20,003 nucleotides of DNA, taken from assembly GCA_000442015.1 (NCBI GenBank), contig KE561158.1, positions 62,001 to 82,003 on the forward strand, read 5' to 3'. This DNA is from Rozella allomycis CSF55 (Eukaryota). The notes under the pieces were generated by a model that was given only the letters and a program-made list of their open reading frames with translations, did no database searches and was not told where the DNA came from. Numbering within the stretch: position 1 is the first letter of the stretch; each line of letters begins with the position of its first letter. Shown one piece after another: positions 10,908-20,003 of the stretch. The position numbers and the translations under genes are program-made.

Positions 10908-11414
10908 CTTCATCAATAAATCCATTTGATTCACAGGAAACAAAGCCATATAAAAACGATAAAGAAATAGTTGCGATGAAGAGTCTTTTGGATGCTTACG
11001 AAACAAGAGACATCATAGCCTTTGAAAAGATTATTAAAGGTACTAAATAATAATAAACTAGAAAGAAAATGAGCTTTCAATAATGGGAGATTCCTTTATT
11101 AAGGATTTCATTGAGCCGATGATTCACCAGTTACGAACTTTGTTCATCCTAGACGCTACAATACCTTACTCTTCTGTTGATGTCTCATTTTTGGCTTCTT
11201 CTGCAAATATTAATAAAGAAAGAATTGAAGAATTAATAATTGAATTGTTGTTGGACAAGAAGCTACATGGAAGATACGATCAGATGAAGGGTGTTTTATA
11301 CTTGAAAGAAAAGTATTCGGTTAGTTTCTATCAAATAGGAATAATGTGAATGAAGAATTTTGGCAATCTATGAATGAGTGGTCAACATCATTGAACCGGT
11401 TAGTTGATGGAATG
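10908..11414 (+). CDS. CSN2: COP9 signalosome subunit 2, C-terminal PCI fragment bounded by gaps
   Basis: [23 protein letters not shown]...[23 protein letters not shown]...[14 protein letters not shown]...EWSTSLNRL; two ~26-nt introns. Confidence 0.92.
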
Positions 11415-11434
11415 NAAACGTAAAGGAACAAATA

Positions 11435-11815
11435 ATGATCAAACTTGATCGCAAAGAATACATTTCTTTGCCTTATGAACCAAAAAATGAACGCAAAGTT
11501 CGTAGTGCGGCTTGGGAGTCCTTTCATTTGGTATGTGATACCAACCAGGACTCTGTTGGGTATGCACTTTGCCAGCATTGCAAGGAACGAGATGGTTTAA
11601 TAAGCGTTAAACACAAAAGCACTTCCGGGCTTCTCAAACATATTAACATTTGTAAGAAGAGAAAACTTTCCGAGGCCAGTTTTCCGGAGCCAGGTCAAAT
11701 GCCAATAACTTCATTTTTAAAAGTACAAATTTTTATTTTTTATTTTAAAAAGGTAAAAAATGCTCTAATTGAATTAGGTATTGTCTTCCAGCAACTCTAT
11801 AATAATCCTTGTGAT
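11435..11815 (+). mobile_element. BED zinc-finger, truncated hAT-type transposase N-terminus or domesticated remnant
   Basis: RSAAWESF...ALCQHC...STSGLLKHINIC is a BED finger, followed by KKRK and QMPITSFL. No DDE domain or TIRs are visible; it begins 20 nt after gap n11415. Confidence 0.65.
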
Positions 11816-12268
11816 CCTTTTTCATTTGAATATCAGTATCTCCGGGATAAACGTAACCCCACATCTCTAAAAACAATTGCTGCTCTATTGTCAATGAAAA
11901 CACATGAATGCAATCTAATTGCTTCCCATTCGTGTTCTTTTTTCTTCCCCCGTTCGCTTTCATTCATTTTTTGTAGTGTCTTAAAAACTTCGTCGATGCT
12001 ACCTTTAGACCAAAATTTTACACAGCGCTCTGTTGCGACAGATGCCACTTTGAATGATTCAGAACATTCTCTAAACTCGTATTTTTTTGCCCGTTCTTGG
12101 TAATAGATAGATTTGTAGACCTTCAAGAGACTTTGTGTCAAATCTTTATTGCGGGGATTTCGTTGGATAGATTCGTATTCGGCATATTTGAAATCATCCA
12201 GTATCCACTGGAGAGAGGGTATACATGGAGATGACACCAAGGAACACTATAAGCAGTAATATTTTCAT
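11745..12268 (-). pseudogene. Possible frameshifted gene for a secreted protein
   Basis: Signal-peptide-like MKILLLIVFLGVISMYTLS at 12268 stops at 12194, while overlapping ORFs 11833-12240 and 11745-11963 continue in other frames. No normal-sized intron was found to join them. Confidence 0.3.
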
Positions 12269-12591
12269 AATTCAATGTGGCTTGTTCCAAAATTAAAAAT
12301 AGAAGTGGAAATGAGTTATTTTCGAATTTAGAAAATCATGGACTTTATTGCTAAATATTTATGATCCGTATCTTAAATCTTAAATCCTTCAAAGTGGTAA
12401 CTCGTAAGTCACCGGTTTTATCGTTACATTACGCAGTCAAAACCGATTACATTCCGTGTTCAGTGGTTTCTAATTCGTCACCTATAACTCAACAACTACC
12501 ATACAAAGTCTTCAAACTAAATACATTAAAACGATAACATCTTCTCTAATTAATTAAATTTGAATCCTATTTCCATTCTTACCCAAGCCAC

Positions 12592-13114
12592 ATGATGACC
12601 ACCAGATCATTCGATACAACTTCACGCCTCCCATACAAGCCTCAGTCCTCATCCGAGCGCTACTCTCTCCCTGAAGACTACCTTGAAATAGAAGTTGTAA
12701 ATCCCATTACAGTCAACGCCGGCACCAAGAACCAGTATACCGACTATGAGATCATTTGCCGAGTAAGCGATCCATATATGCCAAAAATAGACGAATATAC
12801 CTGTCTTCAAGAAGCAATCCAGCACCGTCCGTCGCCGATACTCTGATTTCGAATGGTTTCGTGATTTGCTAGAAAAGGAAAACCCGCGTGTTTCTATTCC
12901 GGCGCTACCTGGAAAAATATTTTTCAAGAATAGATTTGCACCGGAGATTATAGAGACGAGGAGAAGAGCGCTGGAACGCTTTCTGCAGGTGTAAGGATCT
13001 AGGGTTGATTTTAGTAGGGTATCCGGACATCCGTTGTTGCAAACTGGAAGTGCTGCAAAGACATTGGTTGCATTTATACAAGATCAGTCGTTTTCTCGAG
13101 AAGCCTTTTCGTAG
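12592..13114 (+). CDS. SNX3: Sorting nexin 3 (PX domain), 3 exons
   Basis: Introns 12763-12790 and 12991-13017. [17 protein letters not shown]...[16 protein letters not shown]...[12 protein letters not shown]...IPALPGK...[10 protein letters not shown]. Confidence 0.95.
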
Positions 13115-13297
13115 ACGCAATAAATTAATACATTATTTTCAAATTAAGTTCAGTTTGTTTTAAAATCCAAGTAAAAATAGCATCAAATAATCAAAATGTG
13201 TAAACTATTAAACAAAAAGCATGATCGATGTGCCATTTTATTGAAACAATTTCATTTGACACATTTCCAAATCCATTCTGTAAAATTCTCCGAAACA

Positions 13298-14349
13298 ATG
13301 GTGTTGATCAAAGAATAGTAAGACTCATTCTCCACGTATATAGTCGCATAGTGTTACCGATAACAGTAGACGAAGTAACTATGAATTAACCTGAAGATAG
13401 TACCAAGTGGGACAATTGTACACTGTTGCCGACATGTCCAAGAGCGAATCTGACGGCGATTCCGGCGTAGAAATTCTCGAAAACAAGCCGTACGACGACC
13501 CGGAGCTTGGCAAGGGACAGTATACGCACAAGATCTACCATCTCGGCAGGTAATAATGGTGGTTGTGTTTGGAGTAGCAAAGTGCCGAGGTTTCTGGCGA
13601 TGATTGCGCCGGCGTCTGCGCTGAGGCTGGATGAGCAGGCGTGGAATGGGTACCCGCATTGCAAGACAGGTAGGATGTGTGTGATGCTTTTAGAGTAGTT
13701 TTGACGGTACGTGGGTGGATGGATGGAGATTTAGAGTCATTTTCTGGGGGAGAGGTTTTCGCTGATTATAGAGTCGAATCATTTAGCTGATCGCGGGACG
13801 ACTGAGAATGTAAGGGGGATGGTATAGTGTAGTAGGCGCTTAATTTGAGTGCGGAGCAGTTGAAGCAGCGGGAGGTTGTGTATATGGATATAGCGAATGA
13901 TCCAGTTGACCATTATGATGAGAAGAATGATCCAGCCAAGGTTAGGAGTGAGAAGACTGGGAGGGGACCTTTGACTGGGAATTGGAAGGTTTGGTGATGT
14001 GAGTGTGTGTGAATTTAGGATACATGTGAGCCTGTGATGTGTTGTTATAAAACGGTTATTATAAAGTTCAAGGTGTTTGGATTGGAGACAAAGACTGAGC
14101 ATTTTATAGCCAAAGTATGGAATTGCATTGAATATGAGTAGTATCAATTTGGATTGTTTCAAAAGTTTCATAGAATGTTATTTTGTTTGCTTGACAAGTG
14201 GTTTGGAATGACTATTGAAGATATTAGAAGGATAGAAGAGGAAGCTAAAAAGGAGTTGAATTTGGTAATAGATATGATTGATTGAGATTTAATAGAGAAT
14301 GTCAAAGAACAATTTAACTGATGGAGTTGCAGCACCAGCGCCTGCCTAG
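13298..14349 (+). CDS. PITPN: Class I phosphatidylinositol transfer protein (PITPalpha/beta-like, START-like fold), 10 exons, 266 aa; absent from the ORF track
   Basis: Exons 13298-13317, 13344-13374, 13401-13549, 13578-13669, 13699-13706, 13735-13809, 13836-13988, 14019-14114, 14142-14264, 14296-14349. [24 protein letters not shown]...[15 protein letters not shown]...[15 protein letters not shown]...KTGRGPL...MCCYK...[12 protein letters not shown]. Confidence 0.96.
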
Positions 14350-14471
14350 ACAGAGATTGAATGAGGAATGTACAATGAATAAATCATTATTTAAACTAAC
14401 TGTAATTTTAATAGTATTTTAAATCATTATTATTACATTTTAGAATAATTTTAATCTCAAATATATTAACT

Positions 14472-17400
14472 TTATTTGATTGAATTGAAAAACTCATCAG
14501 CTGTTGTCACCGAATAATCTTGCTCTTGATCCTGCTCATTCTCCAATTCTTCCAACAACTGATTCAACGACAATTTCTTATTCTTATTCACAACCTTTTT
14601 ATTATTCTCCTTTTTAAACAAATCAATCAACTCTGAAGTGTTCATTGAACTAGTTGAAGAATTTTGTTCATTAACAACTGAATTAGCCACAGCCAATTTG
14701 AATTTTTGCAAACTAGAAACACAATTTATGAAATTTACTTTAAAATTTTCTCTTCCAGGGTGTCTTTGCAAATTAATCTGTACACGTTGACAACCTTCTT
14801 TTGGCCTATTCTGTGCGCTCTGTCCATGGCTTGCAAATCTTTCCTAAGTTTAAAACGCTGAATTTAGTTACATGGGGTTCCAATCGTGTTCCATGAAGAT
14901 TACAGTGTCAGCCCCTGTCAGATTGAGACCCAAGCCACCAACTTGAGTAGTTAAAATTAAACAATCAATTGAAGGATCAGAATTAAATTTTGAAACGATA
15001 TCAATTCTTTTTGTTGAATCTACAGATCCATCTAATCTTAGATAAGAAATGAATGGGAAATGAGGTTTGAATAGAATATTTTCAATTAAATCCAGGGTTG
15101 ATTTTAGTTGAACAAAGATTAATATTCTGTGGGGACTTAAATTATTATCTGGTGATATTCCACAGTCTATCAGCAATTGTTTCAAAGCAACAAACTTTCC
15201 ACTAACCTCCAACTGTGACATTAAAGAAGAGTTTGAAGGTACAGAAGTTGGCAAGGAGTTTGTTTCCATTTTAACCTCTTTAACATCTTTAACACCTTTA
15301 ACACCTTTAACAACTTTAGCATTTTTAACATCTTTAGTGGCTTTACTCTTTCCCTTACCCTTCACTTTAACTTCTTCACCCTTCACTACCTCACCCTTAC
15401 CACTCACCTCACCTTTCTCACCCTCAATTCTTTCATCTTTGAGTAATAATGGATGAGTGATTAATCTTCTTAATTCTTGCAAACTCTGAAACACATGAAT
15501 TTCATCCAATTCAATTTGCTCATAAATCTTTGATTGAATTTTAGAAAGTGAACAATAATAATCTTGCATAATCTTGGGTGGCAAATCATTTAAAACTTGA
15601 TCTTTAATTCTTCTCAACATGAATGGCAGCATTTGTCTGTGTAAACCATCCAATGCAATAACCCCTGCTTCATTCATTTTAACTTCACCCTTTATTTTAA
15701 CGTCACTCTATATTTTAACGTCACTTTTAACTCTTACTTCACCCTTAACTCTTACTTCACTCTTAACTCTATCACCCATCTTATTCTCATTTATTTTCAT
15801 CTTGATGGGCTTGACATATTTCTCATTGAATTCTTGCTCACTGCCTAGAAATCCAGGCATTAGAAAATCAAAAATAGACCAAAGTTCTAGAATGTTATTT
15901 TGGATTGGAGTGCCAGTTAAAACTAATCTATGCTTAGCCACAATAGATTTAACAGCCAAAGAAATTTTAGTTTTTGGATTTTTGATTACATGGCCTTCAT
16001 CTAGAATGAAATAATTGTAATTGAATTTCTTAAAGTAGTGGAGATTGTTTCTTAAAAAGTCAAAGCTGCAAATGAAGACATTGTAGTTTGATGTTGATTG
16101 ATTAAGTGGCCAATCTTTTTTGTTTTTTGAATGGAATTGCAGGGGTTTTAAAAAGGAAGAGAAAGATTTGATTTCATTTTCCCAGTGGCCTATTAAAGAG
16201 GGTGGGCAAACAACCAAGCTAGGAATTTTATTATTCTTAAACTGAACAGCCGAAACAGCGCAAATTGTTTGCAATGTTTTACCTATATCAATTAAAGTAA
16301 TATCTTTTACCTATGTCAATGCAACTATCACCACTTTACCTATGTCATTTCAACTAACATCGTTTACCTATGTCAATTAAACTATCACTACTTTACCTAT
16401 GTCATTTCAAACCCATTTGATTACCTAATCCCATGTCATCACATAGTGCTCCATGTAGTCCATACTCTTGTAGAAATAATAACCAATTAACACCTTTCAA
16501 TAATAAACACTCTAATTACCTTCTTGTTGATATTTTCGCAGAGTAGCGTTAATTTCAGTTGGAATTTCATAATTTTTAATCTTCTTGTTATCTAGTAGAC
16601 AATCAATGAAATCATTATTGATGTTTCTATTCTTGTTTAGTAGAATGATTTGAATTAATTCACCAAAACAAAAACAAGATTTATTTCTAATTTCTTTGTT
16701 TGAATCACTCATCAATGATAGAATTGGAATTATTATTTCATTTGAAATTGAATCAATCAAAATATTTTCTTTTAAAATTAATTCAATCAAATCTAAAATT
16801 CCAAATTTAAATTCATAAATTTCTTTAATCAAATCTTTCAAATCTCTAAAATATTTTTCATCTCTTTTCAATAAATTTATAAATATTTTAATTGCATTTT
16901 CATTTCTATTTTTTATCAAATTTATTATTTTCTCTATTGGAATTTTATTTAAATAAACATTGTCCAACTCTCCACTAACAACCTCCAGCACTTCCAGCAA
17001 AGAAAAAGGTGAAGTAGTTAAGGTTGGAGTAGGTTGAGTTGGAGAGTTAGTAGTGGTTGGAGTGCTAGTCTCAATAGTAGTAGTAGTATTGACAGTAGAA
17101 GTAGTCTCAATAGAAGTAGAAGTAGTAGTCTCAATAGAAGTAGTAGGTTCACCTTCTTTCTTTTCTTCTGCCTTTTCAACTCCCTTTTCCACTTCTAATC
17201 CTTCAAGGGAAATGATTTGATTGAAAATGGATATTTCGTGTAGATTGTTGCCAAACTCTCTCACAATTAATTTTAAAACATTTCTGGAAGCTTCATTCTT
17301 CATTTCAATTAAATTTTTAATAATTTTTTCCTTTTTAAACTTTTTGAATACTTTAACAATTGAATTTGAAACAATTTCTAAAATTTCTTTATTTTCTTCT

Positions 17401-19777
17401 CTTCTCAAACAAAACATTAATGGTCTCACAACTTGATTCAATGCTAAATTCACATCATTCTTGACCTTTACAGCAACCTCCACAGCAACTTCTCTATAGA
17501 GTTGTGGGAGTTGAGGTTGAGGGAGTTGAGGTTGAAGGGGTTGGAGTTGATCACTAACATTCCCATTCACTTCCCCATTCACTTCCCCTTCCCCTTTCCC
17601 CTCACCATGCACTTCCCCTTCACCAGTGACTTCCCCTTTCTCCTCACCATTCTCACCATTCTCACCATCTGCTTCCCCTTTAACTTCCATAAAATAGTTT
17701 AATAAATAAAAATTCAAATTCTTCTTTTCAATTAAACTCAAAAACTTTATAATTTTATTATAATTTGATTCATTAATTAAAACAGAAATCATTTTAAATG
17801 AATAAATTCTATTTCTAATCAAAACATCTTCTCCAAACACTCTAATATCCATTTCAACTTCATTCTCAACTTGAATCAAAACTCTTTCAATAAATTTCTC
17901 AATCTTTTCAATTTCAATCTCAAATTTTTTAATCTTTTTCATTAAATCTAAACTTTTATCTAAAATCATCTTTTTTAATTCTTTTTAATCTATTTTACTT
18001 TATTTTCTTCTTTCAAACTATTTTCTATCAATTTTTCAATCAATTCATTCATCAATTCTCTCTCCACTTCTTTAATTGTTAAAGTATTCATCATCCCTTC
18101 AATTGATTCTAAAACTGACATTCTAACTCCAATTATTGAATGTCTAAAAAACTGAAACATATTTGGCAAAAATTTATTCAAATAAAGAGAAGGGTTAGAA
18201 GGGTTAGAAGGGGGAGTAGTAGAGGTAATTGGGGGTTGACATGGAGAAGTAGTAGCAGTAGCAGTAGTAGTAGTAACAATCTCACCACCCATCTCACTTA
18301 GGGTTACAAGCTTGGATAATAGTCTCATTATAGATTCAGTTGAACACGTCAAATCATCCAACTCTTTCATATTATCACTCAGAATATTCATCACTTGCTC
18401 CTTTTCATCCTTCAAATACTCAACTATCGCATACATTGATTCAGCTCCAGCCTTTTTAATATCATCTTCTTCACTCTTCAACGCTTCTATTATCACCCCA
18501 TACACAATTGGCTTCAACTCACTAAACAAATCTCTTCTCACCCCCAATATATACTTGATTCCCAACAGTCCACTCAATCTAACCTCCCAATGCTCATTCT
18601 CACTCAACTCTACCAACAACCCCATTATTCTCTTCACATTCTCATCACTCACACATCTCATCAACAACCCCAAACACTGTCCACCAGTCTCTCTAACTGG
18701 AACTGATATACTATCATCTATATAATCAGCAAATCTATCCAACGCCAACAAACTCACTAGTCTCAATCCAACATCAACACTCCATCTCTCATGCTTTTCT
18801 TCATTCTTTTCTTTACTCAATCCCTTCCTCTTCCCTCCATCCCTTCCATGCTCTCTTATAATCTCACTCAACCCCAACACTGCTCCATGTCTCACATTCC
18901 AATTCGTATCAAATATCTCAACACAAAACTCTTCACACAGTCTCTGAAACTTCCACTCGCCATCCTCTCCCTTCATCTCTCCTTCACCCTCCTCTGTCTT
19001 AGCCTTCTTGCCAACCTTCATCAACTCTTCGGCATTCACCCGCTTCTTATTCCTACTCAACCCCAAAATTAACTCTCACTTTTTCATTCGCTTCAATCTA
19101 TTCCTCTCTCGAGCACTCAGCCCCTCCATCTCCACCCTTTCTTCATCCTCTTCCACTTTCACAAAATCACTCTCCTCTACCAAACTCTCCATAAATTGTG
19201 CACCCAGCCCCAATCGTTGCATCATCATCTTTCTCTGCTCCTTCAAATCAGCCGTCAACTCACTCACATCTTGGTCATATTCCTACTCTTGCAAATAACC
19301 AACTCTTTACATCCCCAGATGACGCTACCAACAATTTCCCATCATTCAACACTCGTTCCAAATCATACGCCTCAAAAGTCAATCTTCCTTCATTCTATCC
19401 CCACATTTAATTCTTGTTACCTCATCCTGCACTTTCTCATCTTTATTCTCCTCATCTTCCACATCATAATCTTCACCACAAACATTCCTCACAATCTCCC
19501 TAACAGCAACCGCAGCCGCCCATCGCGTCTCCCCACTCTTGCTCCTCAAAAACCGTTTCACCTATAACCCCCAAACAATTACCCTTACCCTCCTTATCAA
19601 ATACCCAAACTCTTCTGGATACTCGCGCTGGATATCCCCAAGATTTCGCGCAGCAGACTCTCGTATCCCCTGCGTCGACCCACTGTCCAATAACAACACC
19701 AATCGGTCAAGTCTATACGTTCACACTCTATTCATTACCTACATGCTGTTTTTAAATGGTTTTTACCTGCTAGTCAT
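14472..19777 (-). CDS. MOT1: TBP-associated SNF2-family ATPase Mot1/BTAF1, multi-exon
   Basis: [47 protein letters not shown]...[72 protein letters not shown]. Confidence 0.97.
16283..16424 (-). repeat. Array of five abutting 28-29 nt GT...AG mini-intron units within MOT1 motif I
   Basis: Units 16397-16424, 16368-16396, 16340-16367, 16311-16339 and 16283-16310 each start GTAA and end TGA(C/T)ATAG. Confidence 0.9.
19713..19766 (-). other. Double abutting mini-intron (28 + 26 nt), first intron of MOT1
   Basis: ATGACTAGCAG|gtaaaaaccatttaaaaacagcatgtag|gtaatgaatagagtgtgaacgtatag|ACTTGACCGA gives MTSRLDR. Confidence 0.75.
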
Positions 19778-19801
19778 CTTTTTTCGTCGCTCATTAGGAC
19801 C

Positions 19802-19810
19802 CTATTTATA
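19802..19810 (-). promoter_or_regulatory. TATA box upstream of MOT1
   Basis: TATAAATAG about 25 nt upstream of ATG 19777; the same 9-mer precedes the sHSP and thaumatin genes. Confidence 0.55.
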
Positions 19811-20003
19811 GACGTACCCCGGTAATCTTTTTCCGAATGGCGGATTCCCGAAATTTCGTAAATAATTCAGGCGGAGAAATAAGAGGAAAAACTTTAACTT
19901 TTTAAAATACTTGTTAATGAATTAAAATATTGAATTATGAATGTTTAAAATTATAAGTTATAGTTTTATCGGACGGGGAGTTTACGACCCGGACTTCAGA
20001 AAC

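Noticed and set aside
12393-12446. Short hairpins (CGGTTTT...AAAACCG) as an ncRNA
   Set aside because: Stems are short and no tRNA, snoRNA or snRNA motifs were recognised.
13354-14171. Minus-strand ORFs of 92-130 aa
   Set aside because: Antisense shadows of the plus-strand PITP gene, favoured by skewed composition.
15708-15710. Stop-codon reassignment or MOT1 pseudogene
   Set aside because: A normal-sized in-frame GT-AG intron removes the TAG, and TAG is used as a stop in SNX3 and PITP.
16283-16424. Regularly spaced TTTACCTATGTCA repeats as a CRISPR array
   Set aside because: The period is only 28-29 nt, the locus is inside a eukaryotic gene with no cas genes, and the repeat is the reverse complement of a 3'ss|5'ss junction.
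6029-19777. Functional clustering of TAF2 with MOT1, and of SNX3 with PITP
   Set aside because: Two unresolved gaps separate TAF2 and MOT1, and chance adjacency is likely in a dense genome; no synteny evidence is available.
19774-19794. uORF MSDEKR* overlapping the MOT1 start
   Set aside because: Its ATG is only about 8 nt from the TATA box, so it probably lies upstream of the transcription start.
15619-19811. Several plus-strand ORFs over MOT1 (and the minus-strand ORFs over thaumatin)
   Set aside because: Low-complexity antisense frames of well-supported genes, with no recognisable motifs.

Overview
AT-rich, gene-dense eukaryotic DNA with very short spliceosomal introns (almost all 26-32 nt). 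Gene content and intron size suggest an early-diverging fungal relative such as Rozella/Cryptomycota (inference). The ORF track fragments or misses most genes, so models were rebuilt by hand. In order: a possible IQ-motif gene, RPL19, a spliced 76-aa single-TM protein, an SLC15/PepT-type POT transporter, a small HSP with HSE and TATA, a secreted thaumatin-like protein, the 3' part of a TAF2 fused to six bromodomains, a CSN2 fragment, a BED-finger (hAT-like) remnant, SNX3, a 10-exon animal-type PITP with an 8-nt microexon, and MOT1/BTAF1. Eight single 'n' gaps occur, five flanked by near-identical duplicates (probably allelic overlaps). The most striking signal is abutting mini-introns with zero-length exons: five tandem 28-29 nt GT...AG units in MOT1 and two double units (MOT1, TAF2), pointing to recursive splicing of tiny introns. 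Also seen: an intron apparently carved from a coding tandem repeat, and polarised G-rich then C-rich low-complexity inserts.
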